A DNA stretch of 64,000 nucleotides from Candidatus Aldehydirespirator catecholifindens (GCA_028283245.1 JAPYNU010000006.1:1542-65541), one strand, 5' to 3'; positions 20,101-28,334 are shown, counted from the first letter of the stretch. The notes: generated by a model from the sequence alone, not told the origin. Numbers and translations are program-made.

Positions 20101-20199
20101 TAAGATCAGAAAGATCAATAACCTCACTTTGGAGAGGATATGTGCAGCCAGTGCAACCGTTGGACGACTCGTTTGTCGATGCAGCCATCAGAGGTTCTC
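17199..20199. other. About 3.0-kb inserted segment between parA and rsmG, bounded by identical 26-mers (17173-17198 and 20200-20225)
   Basis: TGCGCCCTATGTTTCATGTGAAACAT occurs twice in direct orientation, with identity stopping sharply on both sides. In the canonical actinobacterial ori layout parA and rsmG are adjacent. Confidence 0.5.
17221..19971 (-). CDS. Large gamma-class N6-adenine DNA methyltransferase with ~300-aa N-terminal and ~400-aa C-terminal extra domains (Type IIG/IIL-like architecture, or an orphan MTase)
   Basis: Motif X-like LLGSIFHRLL...GSYYTS, motif I VIDPACGTGTLL, motif IV MNPPYT. 916 aa, GTG start. No adjacent R or S gene. Confidence 0.8.
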   Translation of the reverse strand: MTSQKASHEQLINGALADALRDIGLDAEPEPLGGAGGLRPDLKIKTDQGVIYCEAEKGATLAGAVKDALRRAEQIVDGTIVGDAVVAVAYPVSLRAEALSACRNLRWRTVYPRSLDHDEQDHVGRVSDLARHLLLLSSDLGSPEAEAARLNQALNTAISHLQAVDRGALAEALDLPTSVRGKDKSEAAAKRGLLVVAAAAMFHARLDTAFTDLSTCPIVDARHSNGRSYEGTWPPRRATKCIAGDNPVLDLLDAWSLILAKDYRPVFQLAREALYAPVLTSQWNRIVRIVARAGVAAATSAAAAGHDLLGSIFHRLLDTARYDGSYYTSVSSATLLAMLGLPNADTLPEELADFRVIDPACGTGTLLMAVGERIRELRGSALQDGEPSVLIEEVLWGLDVNATACHMAATTLGLLSPSTAFDRMNVARLPLGVEVKNRKRYARIGSLELLENAATGQFRFGEESYGTQVETKRALTLQPNTFHMVIMNPPYTRDSLRHDQFSKAEEKELKAREKVITHKRAGHGSSAGSMFVDLGEHLADMGSGVLAFVYPLAGVAAPSNRDARKLLAEWFHIDWVVASFDPHRINFSENTSISEALIVCRRSPQEPALRPPTKFVRLWRNTRSVADIAGTARSLMEWTPADGTDIANGIAQISTWPAKRMVGGEWAPLTIASAYLADVAGCLRDGVWKGTKFVKLGRRADIGPAGQRIRDAFTRHSRADSTGRKALWHNETDRVVSLATTADSYIHAKSGKGHLADKYYSKATHLLIAAKPRLNTLKVLAVCCEEPTVGSGWVPAAPCDGELNPEWSKAMTVFLNSTLGVLAMLAVASPNTLSRPNLSLQAMRSLAVPDLEPESRKSLASLLDTIAGEPLLPLHQAQQCPIRAQLDEAVGAVLGVPVRDLDALRRELANEPSVQP

Positions 20200-20208
20200 T
20201 GCGCCCTA

Positions 20209-20224
20209 TGTTTCATGTGAAACA
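20209..20224. promoter_or_regulatory. parS: parS site 2 (TGTTTCATGTGAAACA)
   Basis: The same 16-mer as site 1. The rsmG stop codon (20213-20215) lies inside it. Confidence 0.8.
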
Positions 20225-20866
20225 TCGAGGCTGGCCTAACGGTGCGCGGCGGCGGGCCGGGTGCCTGCGTGGAAACTCATCGGGTGATGCCTCTATTCGC
20301 TTAATCGCAAGGTAACGACTTTGTGGCGTCGTCCAAGTGTCCGCTGCTTCGCAGCCCAGCCGTTGGAGCGGAAGCTCCCGCCACTGGGTCAAAGTTGCCT
20401 CCGATACGGACACAACAAGAGCGCTGCCGATCTTTATCAGCGGCAGCGCACACTCAGCCAGTTCAGCCGGAGGCCCAAACGAACGCGCCACGGCAGCGTC
20501 GAAGCTCTCTCGATGAGAACGAGCCGTCTCTTCGATTGTTTCTTGCTTGACGGTTACCCGATTGGTTAACCCCGCGGCTGCTACCGCTCGTCGTGCCAGA
20601 TCACAGCGGCGAGCTTGTGCATCAACCAGCCACCAATTCGACTCCGGCATCTCAAGTGCCAGCAACACCCCTGGTAGACCAGCACCAGTTCCGCAGTCCA
20701 CGACTCGGCTAGGGGCCTTAGTCCTCCACTCGGGTAAAATGTAGCCAGTTGCGTGTGCGTAAAAGAACTCAATCGAATCTTGCCCGAGAGCACCAGCGAG
20801 ACGTGCCGCGGCCCATGATTGATCAATGCTCTGCAGTGTCTCAGGATCATGACCTGCCAGAGACAT
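20213..20866 (-). CDS. rsmG: 16S rRNA (guanine527-N7)-methyltransferase
   Basis: SAM motif VVDCGTGAGLPGVLLA and the C-terminal FPRR...PLG tail typical of GidB. Position between jag and parA. Confidence 0.9.
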   Translation of the reverse strand: MSLAGHDPETLQSIDQSWAAARLAGALGQDSIEFFYAHATGYILPEWRTKAPSRVVDCGTGAGLPGVLLALEMPESNWWLVDAQARRCDLARRAVAAAGLTNRVTVKQETIEETARSHRESFDAAVARSFGPPAELAECALPLIKIGSALVVSVSEATLTQWRELPLQRLGCEAADTWTTPQSRYLAIKRIEASPDEFPRRHPARRRAPLGQPRCFT

Positions 20867-20874
20867 GGCTGGCG

Positions 20875-21741
20875 TTAGTCGAACAACGATGTAGCGGAGG
20901 GTGAAATGACGACACGACGATACGGATCGTCTCCTTCACTGCGGCTAGCAACACTTTCGAGGCCTGCAACAGTGTCGTGCACGGTCTTGCGATCCGCTCG
21001 GTCCATCGGTTCTAGTGCTATCTCTGAATCGGTCTCAACTGCTTCATCAGCCATCTTCTTAGTGAAAGCAGCCAATGCAGCAGTTCGCTTGGCGCGAATG
21101 CCTCCGATATCTATACGGATCTTGCCTTCTCTGATGGTGCCACCGGATCGTTTCAGCACTGTTCTGACCAGCTCATCAATTGCCTGAGCCGTGCTGCCAC
21201 GGTGTCCGATCAAGACTCCGATCCCGTCGCCGTCAGCCTCAATGCGCATGATGCCGTTTTCGAGATCATGTCGCTTGAACTTTAAGGCAATTCCAAGGTT
21301 TTCTGCTATCCCTTGCACAAAAGACTCGGCTAGATCTGCCTGTTCCGCAAGGGAAAGCCCTTCGCTTTGACCATCGAGGGTGTTGCTGTGGTTGTTTGTC
21401 ATGCTTTGGGCACCTCTTTTCTTGGGACGGCCAGCGCTTGATGAGTGGCTGCTGCGAGCAGGATTGTTTGGAGCTTCACTGTTGGGCCTTGAAGCATTGG
21501 GCTGCCTTGAAGATTTGGGGCGGCGGTTGCCTTGGCCACGGCTTCTAGCTTCTTTAGGGCGCACTGGCGTAGGAAGCACACGCGCCCGAACGCGAGCTTC
21601 TTGTTTGACACGGCCAAATAGGCCCGTCTTGGGTTCCGAGAGAACTTCGAACTCGGCGTCGCTTTCGTCAACGCCTAAGTGTTCTAGAGCTTGTTCCTTG
21701 GCGGTTTCAAGGCTTGATGCGCGTATTTCCAACCATTCCAT
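20875..21741 (-). CDS. jag: Jag/KhpB-like RNA-binding protein (Jag_N, KH and R3H) with a long basic disordered linker
   Basis: Jag N-domain MEWLEIRASSLETAKEQALEHLGV, KH-like IGHRGSTAQAIDELV, and a C-terminal R3H-like region. Conserved position after yidC. Confidence 0.85.
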   Translation of the reverse strand: MEWLEIRASSLETAKEQALEHLGVDESDAEFEVLSEPKTGLFGRVKQEARVRARVLPTPVRPKEARSRGQGNRRPKSSRQPNASRPNSEAPNNPARSSHSSSAGRPKKRGAQSMTNNHSNTLDGQSEGLSLAEQADLAESFVQGIAENLGIALKFKRHDLENGIMRIEADGDGIGVLIGHRGSTAQAIDELVRTVLKRSGGTIREGKIRIDIGGIRAKRTAALAAFTKKMADEAVETDSEIALEPMDRADRKTVHDTVAGLESVASRSEGDDPYRRVVISPSATSLFD

Positions 21742-21773
21742 TCTTGAAATCTCCTCAATTCGACATGAGCTGC

Positions 21774-22958
21774 TCAGCGCCGCTTCTTTTTGTTGCGGCT
21801 GCGATTCTGGCTGCTTGAACCAGGTGGTGTAACCCGGCCACCAGAGGCTGAAGGGCGACGAGCGGAATTGCTTCTAGAAGGCGCTTTACCAGTGCGGCTA
21901 ATTGGTCTAGCGGCATCTGAGGTTCGGCGAGAGGTGGCGTTCTTCGAGCTTTGATTGCGCTGTCGTGATGGTGCCTGTGGCCGTGGCTTGCTGGCATCAC
22001 GTTTAGGAGTGGCTACTCCTTTGCCTTCGGTGGTTGTCCGTGTAGGGCGAGTCTTCGCTGCTGAAGACTCAGGGGCGTTGGCAGCCTCAGCGCGTTGTTT
22101 GGCGACTTGAGCCCCAAGAGAATCTTCGCCTCGATAAAACGACCTCGTGATGTAGGCCTGCTGGGCAATTCGAACCAGGTTTTGCACAATGAAATAGGTG
22201 ACCACAGCAGCAGGCATGACAAAGGAGAAAAGCGGCAACATAAACGGGATGATCTTCATCATCATCTGCTGTTGAGGATTAACCGCTGCGGGACCTTGAC
22301 GGCCTTGGATCTGGCGTTGCTGGTAGAGGCTTGTGATCAGCACGATTATGAGCATCAGCAGATACGGCAGAGCCGAGATGATGTTGTCGGTAATCACCTC
22401 GTTGGCCCCTCGGGCTAGATCAACCCCGAACGAGACCATCTCAACGTCGGCACTCAGATCTGCATAAAGCTCGCTGTCGTGGTTGAGGTAGTCAGGATCA
22501 AAGGGCAGTTCTTTTCTGGCTAGAGGTGTTTGGAGGTATTCAGGCACTCCTGTTGATTCGGTGTCAGCAAAGCGGCGGGTTGTGAAGCCGAGTTGCGTGC
22601 CAATCTCGGTTGTCCGTCTGGTGAGACCGTCCACAACCCGATACATCACCAAGAAGATCGGGCCTTGCACCAGCATCGGTAACAAGCAGCCGACCGGGTT
22701 TAGTCCATGCTCTTTGTAGTAAGCCATGGTGGCTTCATTTAATGCCTGCCGGTCGCCTTTGAGTTCGCTTTGAATTTTCCGCAATCCAGGCATGTGATGC
22801 TGCATCTGCAGCATGCTGCGCGTCATTCTCAAGGTGAGCGGGGTGACTGCTACCACAGCCGTCAAGGTCAGAAGCCCGATTGCAACACCATACGAAGGTA
22901 GTAGACCATAGAACCAAGCTAAAATTGCTGTAACAACATCAAAAAGAGGATCAAACAT
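21774..22958 (-). CDS. yidC: Membrane protein insertase YidC with a basic C-terminal tail
   Basis: 60-kDa inner-membrane insertase pattern (KEHGLNPVGCLLPMLVQGPIF). Position between yidD and jag. Confidence 0.9.
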   Translation of the reverse strand: MFDPLFDVVTAILAWFYGLLPSYGVAIGLLTLTAVVAVTPLTLRMTRSMLQMQHHMPGLRKIQSELKGDRQALNEATMAYYKEHGLNPVGCLLPMLVQGPIFLVMYRVVDGLTRRTTEIGTQLGFTTRRFADTESTGVPEYLQTPLARKELPFDPDYLNHDSELYADLSADVEMVSFGVDLARGANEVITDNIISALPYLLMLIIVLITSLYQQRQIQGRQGPAAVNPQQQMMMKIIPFMLPLFSFVMPAAVVTYFIVQNLVRIAQQAYITRSFYRGEDSLGAQVAKQRAEAANAPESSAAKTRPTRTTTEGKGVATPKRDASKPRPQAPSRQRNQSSKNATSRRTSDAARPISRTGKAPSRSNSARRPSASGGRVTPPGSSSQNRSRNKKKRR

Positions 22959-22960
22959 TT

Positions 22961-23203
22961 TTAGTTGCTCTCCTGACAGTTGGTGTCAGGCACCGCATCC
23001 ACGCTTAGCGGTCTCCACGGATGACATCTCACAAGACGGGTCGCGGCCAGTCGCATGCCCTTGAACGCGCCGTGTCGTTGCACAGCTTCCAGTGCATAGT
23101 TCGAACAGGACGGAGCGAAGCGGCATGTCGGTGGGTGCCCAGCACGAGCCAGCTGATATTCCTGGATCAAGCGACAAAAAAGCCGCGTTGCACTTAATTT
23201 CAT
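22961..23203 (-). CDS. yidD: Membrane protein insertion efficiency factor YidD
   Basis: CRFAPSCSNYALEAVQRHGAFKG...RCHPW signature. ATGA overlap with rnpA. Confidence 0.9.
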   Translation of the reverse strand: MKLSATRLFCRLIQEYQLARAGHPPTCRFAPSCSNYALEAVQRHGAFKGMRLAATRLVRCHPWRPLSVDAVPDTNCQESN

Positions 23204-23508
23204 CGTCGGAGATCAGTCAACAGTTCAAGCATCATGGCCCGAAGTTCTTTTGGGGACACATTCGTCAAAGGTGCCAAGATGCTGATCCGATACTCGCCTT
23301 GTTCAAACATCACGGAATTGTCGCGTTGCAACTCTTGCAGCACGGCTCGCACGCGACGTCGTGCTCTGTTGCGCGTCACGGCGTTACCCAGCGATTTGGG
23401 CACCGCAAACATCATGCGCGACGATCCAAGCACTGGTCGATGCGACACTTTCAGAGGGCCGCGACGAAAACTGCGAGCTCGCAGATCACCAGCAGCAAGA
23501 CTGTTCAC
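23200..23508 (-). CDS. rnpA: Ribonuclease P protein component
   Basis: 102-aa basic protein containing [17 protein letters not shown] overlap with rpmH. Confidence 0.85.
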   Translation of the reverse strand: MNSLAAGDLRARSFRRGPLKVSHRPVLGSSRMMFAVPKSLGNAVTRNRARRRVRAVLQELQRDNSVMFEQGEYRISILAPLTNVSPKELRAMMLELLTDLRR

Positions 23509-23639
23509 GCAGCTAAGCGATGTCGCCCTCTACGACGGCGAGCCTGTATCACAGTTCGGCCGCCGCGAGTGCTCATTCTGGCCCGAAATCCGTGTTTTTT
23601 GTGCCTTTTGCGGATGTTGGGTTGAAATGGACGCTTCAT
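23505..23639 (-). CDS. rpmH: 50S ribosomal protein L34
   Basis: [28 protein letters not shown].... ATG at 23639 follows AGGAGG. The longer track ORF is an upstream extension. Confidence 0.95.
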   Translation of the reverse strand: MKRPFQPNIRKRHKKHGFRARMSTRGGRTVIQARRRRGRHRLAA

Positions 23640-24088
23640 AGAATCCTCCTCTCCAGCTGAGGCTGAACCCAGTGCGCCCCTAGCTGCCCTCAAAACAGAT
23701 GCTGTGGATGAAATCTCTCGCTGTCCACGGTAGGGTCACAAATGCTGTGCTGCAACCTGATTTACGAAACTGCTGAATGAGACAACGGGCCGCATCAGAG
23801 CACCTTCGAGAACCGTGTCTAGTTAGCGCACCTGGTTTAAAGCGGTCGGCTACACACTTGAAATTCAACTTACATACATCGGATTAGATAGTCGCTTATC
23901 TACCCTGACCTTGTGCTTTTATCTATTGGTGCGCTCCGGCTTGCAAGGCTCCGCGATGGTGCTACCTTCCGCAAATCTAGCGCAAGTGACGACAGGGCAG
24001 AGAGCCCGACCCAGCAGCACTTCAAGATCAACAGCACACCTCTTGTCCACACCTGTGGAACAAGCTGTGGAGAAAGGAACCGAATCAG
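23640..24088. promoter_or_regulatory. rpmH-dnaA intergenic region: dnaA promoter with DnaA boxes and an AT-rich patch
   Basis: Perfect TTGTCCACA at 24043-24051, TGTTCCACA (reverse) at 24054-24062, TTCTCCACA (reverse) at 24066-24074, TCATCCACA (reverse) at 23703-23711, and CTGTCCACG at 23721-23729. The AT-rich stretch is around 23860-23925. Confidence 0.6.
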
Positions 24089-25465
24089 GTGAACACTGAC
24101 GCTGAAGCGGAGCGCATCTGGATCAATTGTGCCCAGAGCATCCGCAACCAGGTAAGCGATGCCGTGTGGCGAACTACCTTCAGCGATGTCCGCGCCACGG
24201 CGTTCAACGAAGGCTCGCTCACGGTCGTAGTGCCCACCAACCTTCAGAAAGCCCGAATTGAGCGGCGTTACATCAACCTGTTGACCGATGCACTCGACGA
24301 GGCTCAGCCAGACGCATTGGTTCGCATTGAGATCGATCCAGATTGGAATGCAAGCAGTCACCTTGAGCGGTCAGAGCCTGCACCCGTTGGCAATATCGGC
24401 CAAGACGGCCAAGACAACACAGCAAACTACGAGGCCGCTGACGCTCCCGCTGAAACACGCCTGACCTTCGAGCAATTCGTAACCGGTACTTCTAACAGAT
24501 TCTCCCACGCCGCAGCGCTGGCCGTGGCAGAAACCCCTGCAGGCCCCTACAACCCGTTGCTGATTCACGGCGATTCAGGCCTTGGCAAGACCCATCTACT
24601 ACGAGCCATCGCCCACTATGTCAACCACCACTATCCATCCTTCAAGGTTCGTTACGTCACTAGCGAAACCTTCTTGAACGAGTTCGTGCAAGCAATCCGC
24701 AACAGCACCCAACCAGAGTTCAAGCAGATGTACCGAAGTAACAATGTATTGCTTGTTGATGACATTCAATTCATGCAAGGCAAAGATGGCCTACAAGAAG
24801 AGTTCTTCCACACTTTCAACGACCTGTTACAAAACGGTGCACAGATCGTGCTGTCGTCGGATCGTTCCCCAGATGCAATGCCGACCTTAGAGGACCGTCT
24901 TCGCAGCCGGTTCAAGTCAGGCTTGATCACTGATATTCAGCCGCCTGATTTGGTGACGCGACTCGCCATCCTGGAAAAGAAGGCAGAGTCTGCAGCGATC
25001 AACATTCCCTCTGAGGTACTGGCCTTCATCGCTGAAAGCATCACCAACTCAATCCGTGAACTCGAAGGTGCCCTCATCAAGGTCACGGCTTATGCCAACA
25101 TCACCAAGCAGCAATGTTCAGTGGAGTTGGCGCGGCGAGTGCTAGCTGACTTGATCGACTCCAGCGCTAAACGGCCAGTAACTGTCGGCCGCATTCTTGA
25201 AGCAATCGCAGATCTGTCTGACTTCTCAATAGAACAAATCACCGGAGGCAGTCGGCGAAGGCCTCTGGTGGATGCTCGCCAGATCGCTATGTACGTTACT
25301 CGTAACATGACCGATCTCTCATACCCTGAGATCGGGCGTGCCTTCGGCAACAGAGACCATACGACCGTGATACACGCAGTTCACAAGATTGAAGGGTCCA
25401 TGACGGAGCGCAAAGAAATCTTTGACCAAGTACAAGATCTTCAAACACGAGTTGGCGAAAAATAA
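24089..25465 (+). CDS. dnaA: Chromosomal replication initiator DnaA
   Basis: Walker A IHGDSGLGKTHLL, the AAA+ core, and the C-terminal DNA-binding helix RDHTTVIHA. GTG start. Confidence 0.97.
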   Translation: MNTDAEAERIWINCAQSIRNQVSDAVWRTTFSDVRATAFNEGSLTVVVPTNLQKARIERRYINLLTDALDEAQPDALVRIEIDPDWNASSHLERSEPAPVGNIGQDGQDNTANYEAADAPAETRLTFEQFVTGTSNRFSHAAALAVAETPAGPYNPLLIHGDSGLGKTHLLRAIAHYVNHHYPSFKVRYVTSETFLNEFVQAIRNSTQPEFKQMYRSNNVLLVDDIQFMQGKDGLQEEFFHTFNDLLQNGAQIVLSSDRSPDAMPTLEDRLRSRFKSGLITDIQPPDLVTRLAILEKKAESAAINIPSEVLAFIAESITNSIRELEGALIKVTAYANITKQQCSVELARRVLADLIDSSAKRPVTVGRILEAIADLSDFSIEQITGGSRRRPLVDARQIAMYVTRNMTDLSYPEIGRAFGNRDHTTVIHAVHKIEGSMTERKEIFDQVQDLQTRVGEK

Positions 25466-25766
25466 TGAACTTCTACACCTGCAGCGCTGAAGCGCCACCG
25501 GCTGCCTTTAGCTACTTAGGCACAATGACCCCAGTGGAAGACCCCCGTGGAAACCCCTGGGGAACATCTACAAATGACTATGGACAAAGCACCCGCAAAT
25601 CCACCGCGGCCCGATCATGCGGTGAATTAGTGAGCCACCATCCTGAATGCATGGGCAAAGCTGGGCATAGTGACTCACTGTGATTGCAAGCGCCTAAGCC
25701 GAAAATCCACAATCCACAGACCTACAGAGACTACAACCTTTATTAATCACGCCCCGAGGAGAAGCA
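25466..25766. promoter_or_regulatory. oriC: Candidate oriC (dnaA-dnaN intergenic region)
   Basis: DnaA-box-like 9-mers: TTGTCCATA (reverse, 25579-25587), AAATCCACC (25597-25605), AAATCCACA (25703-25711) and CAATCCACA (25710-25718). Three GTGGAA/GGGGAA elements are spaced ~13 bp apart at 25530-25568. An AT-rich TTTATTAAT lies next to dnaN. This is the usual oriC position in actinobacteria. Confidence 0.55.
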
Positions 25767-26885
25767 ATGGGTTTGAAATTTCGATGTGAGCGAGATTCAC
25801 TACTGAACGCTCTTAACACCGCGGTGCGAGCTGCGGCGTCATCAACCGCGAGCCGGACTGCCTTGACGGGTGTCCATCTTGAACTGGCAGGCAATCATCT
25901 CACTGTCACAGGTAGCGATTTGGATCTGACCTTGTCAGTTACTACAGAGGTGTCAGGCGAATCTGATGGAGTGGCGGTCATCTCAGCGCGACTCGTGGCA
26001 GATCTAGTGCGCCTTGCACCCCCTGGTGCTGTGGACTGCTCTGTTGATGATGGCGAAGCCTCAATCGTTGCCGGATCGTGGCAGAACTCAATCCGGCTAA
26101 TCCCTCATGACGACTACCCGCAACTGCCGATCAGCGATGCCGACGATGAGGCATCTCCGTCAGTGGTGTTTACAGGCGCAGAATTCCGTGACGCTCTTAG
26201 CCAAGTGGTGAAATCGGCTTCTGGGGATGACTCTCGGCCGATTCTCACGGGTGTGCTTATGGCGACCGAAGGCGAAGGCAAATTGCGGCTTGTGTCAACG
26301 GACTCATACCGCCTGTCGGTTCGTGACATTGAAGGGTCGTCACTGGCTGGCGATTATCAAAAGGTTCTAGTTCCGAGCCGGGCACTGAGCGAACTCCAGA
26401 GGCTGATCTCGGAATCCAAGGAGGTGACCCTCAAACTGGCAGAGCAATACGCCCAGTTCAACGTTGGCGATGTGCGCCTGATCACACGCTTGATCCCGGG
26501 TGAGTTCCCCAACTACCAAGGGCTAATCCCTTCTGATCAACCTAACTGCTTGACAGCCAACCGTGAGCAACTCCTAGAGACTGTCAAGCGTGTAAGGCTG
26601 CTAGCGCAGGACTCAACACCTGTCCGCTTGGTTATGTGCGACGGCAACCTTGAAGTGATCGCCATCACCCATGATGTCGGAAAGTCACAAGAGTCGGTTG
26701 AGGCTGCCTACAAGGGCGAAGAACTGACAGTCGCGTTCAATCACACGTATTTGATTGATGGACTAGACGCTGTAGTAGGCGAAGAGGTCACTTTGGAGAC
26801 CACTGATGCAGTCAAACCAGCCGTGCTGCGATCTTTGGGTGACGACAGTTTCTTATATCTACTCATGCCAGTAAGGGTGAGCTAA
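25767..26885 (+). CDS. dnaN: DNA polymerase III beta sliding clamp
   Basis: 372 aa; N-terminus MGLKFRCERDSLLNALNTAVRA and C-terminal LLMPVRV, as in beta clamps. Confidence 0.95.
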   Translation: MGLKFRCERDSLLNALNTAVRAAASSTASRTALTGVHLELAGNHLTVTGSDLDLTLSVTTEVSGESDGVAVISARLVADLVRLAPPGAVDCSVDDGEASIVAGSWQNSIRLIPHDDYPQLPISDADDEASPSVVFTGAEFRDALSQVVKSASGDDSRPILTGVLMATEGEGKLRLVSTDSYRLSVRDIEGSSLAGDYQKVLVPSRALSELQRLISESKEVTLKLAEQYAQFNVGDVRLITRLIPGEFPNYQGLIPSDQPNCLTANREQLLETVKRVRLLAQDSTPVRLVMCDGNLEVIAITHDVGKSQESVEAAYKGEELTVAFNHTYLIDGLDAVVGEEVTLETTDAVKPAVLRSLGDDSFLYLLMPVRVS

Positions 26886-26919
26886 CTCCAAGTAACTACG
26901 CATAATCGAATTCATATTT

Positions 26920-28026
26920 GTGCAATTTAGACAGCTAGCTCTACAGAATTTTCGGTCGTATTCACACGCAGATATCGAATTCTCAGAGGGCTTGACTGTC
27001 ATTGTTGGTGCTAACGGCCACGGCAAAACGAATTTGCTCGAAGCGCTGGGACTCCTCGCCGGATTAGGCTCATTCAGGGGCGCCAGCGACGCAGTATTGA
27101 TCCGTGACGGATCCGAAAAAGCTGCACTTCGCTGTCACGGCGTGGGTGAGGCGAATCGCGAACTGGACATAGAACTAGAACTTGACCGCGCACGTTCCAA
27201 AAAGATTCGCCTTAACCAGCAAGTGGTTTCTCGCCGGCGTGAGCTGCTGGCTGTGGCCCCCGCAACAGTGCTGTCCCCCGATGATCTTGAATTGGTCAAA
27301 GGAGAACCAGAGCGTCGCCGGCGTTGGCTCGACGACGCTCTCGCCGCGGTGAGACCATCGCTTGCGACGCTGCGAAGCGAACTGGACCGAATCTTGCGAC
27401 AACGCAACACGCTGCTTCGCCAAGCCAGCGGACGCCTCGGAGATGACATAAAGGTGACGCTTGATGTATGGGATGAGAAGCTGTCAGATGTGGGTGATCA
27501 ACTGCGAGCGCACCGCCGAGAGTTGCTTGATGCGCTGACCCCGCAGATTCGGCAGCTTTACGGCTACATCTCGGGAGGATCAGACACCGCTGGTGCGCGT
27601 TATGTGTCCTGCTGGGGCGAAACTTCCTTGGCTGATGCTCTGTCTACAGCACGTAGCGACGACCTGCGTCGAGCTACCACAACCGTTGGGCCACATCGCG
27701 ACGACGTGCTGCTCGAAATCTCAGGCCTGCCAGCTAGAAGCCACTCTTCACAAGGCGAGAAACGCTCTCTAGCTTTGACACTGCGACTAGCCGTTGACGA
27801 CGAGATCCGTAGCCGCCTCCGAACTGCTCCGACACTGCTGCTTGATGACGTGTTTTCAGAACTTGACACGATTCGTGCTGCCGCATTGCTCGAAGCGCTG
27901 CCCCAGGGACAGCGAATCCTCACAACCCCGACATCACTACTACCTCAAGGGCTTCAGCCTGATCAACTCGTTGAGGTTACTGAAGGCACCGCCATGAGCT
28001 TGAGCAGCGACAAGATGCAGGCATGA
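26920..28026 (+). CDS. recF: DNA replication and repair protein RecF
   Basis: Walker A GANGHGKTNLLEA and the SMC-like signature SQGEKRSLAL. GTG start. Confidence 0.93.
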   Translation: MQFRQLALQNFRSYSHADIEFSEGLTVIVGANGHGKTNLLEALGLLAGLGSFRGASDAVLIRDGSEKAALRCHGVGEANRELDIELELDRARSKKIRLNQQVVSRRRELLAVAPATVLSPDDLELVKGEPERRRRWLDDALAAVRPSLATLRSELDRILRQRNTLLRQASGRLGDDIKVTLDVWDEKLSDVGDQLRAHRRELLDALTPQIRQLYGYISGGSDTAGARYVSCWGETSLADALSTARSDDLRRATTTVGPHRDDVLLEISGLPARSHSSQGEKRSLALTLRLAVDDEIRSRLRTAPTLLLDDVFSELDTIRAAALLEALPQGQRILTTPTSLLPQGLQPDQLVEVTEGTAMSLSSDKMQA

Positions 28027-28334
28027 CCGCGAAACCCGACCCGATTGCGTTATCGGAGTCCCTGGACCGGTTACTCAACGCGCTAGGGGCACCCCCAGCG
28101 GATCTGCTCTCGACAATTTTCGGCCAGTGGGAGAGCATTGTCGGCGCGGAGGTAGCCCTTCACTGCCGACCTGTAGCGCTTGACGGCGATCGCCTAGTGG
28201 TCGAAGCCGTGGACGCTGCCTGGGCCAGCGAGCTTAAATGGCTCTCTGAACAGCTGTTGCAACGCATAGCAGAAACCTCGTCAGGGGACCGTTTGACAGA
28301 AGTCACGGTAAAAGTTGCTCCGCTCAAGCAATAA
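28023..28334 (+). CDS. DUF721 / DciA-like protein
   Basis: A 103-aa protein overlapping the recF stop, in the same position as Rv0004 (DciA) in mycobacteria. It has the pattern W..IVG...A.H..P..L....L.V......WA.EL. Confidence 0.75.
   Translation: MTAKPDPIALSESLDRLLNALGAPPADLLSTIFGQWESIVGAEVALHCRPVALDGDRLVVEAVDAAWASELKWLSEQLLQRIAETSSGDRLTEVTVKVAPLKQ

Noticed and set aside
19946-20188. An 80-aa minus-strand ORF upstream of and overlapping the large methyltransferase start, considered as a possible C (controller) protein.
   Set aside because: It has no Shine-Dalgarno, no helix-turn-helix pattern and an odd composition, and it overlaps the MTase start out of frame. The region is more likely the promoter; note the AGAATGGG direct repeat at ~19992-20013.
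25465-25683. A 72-aa plus-strand ORF in the dnaA-dnaN gap.
   Set aside because: It lies in the candidate oriC, has no Shine-Dalgarno and an unremarkable composition, and overlaps the DnaA-box elements.
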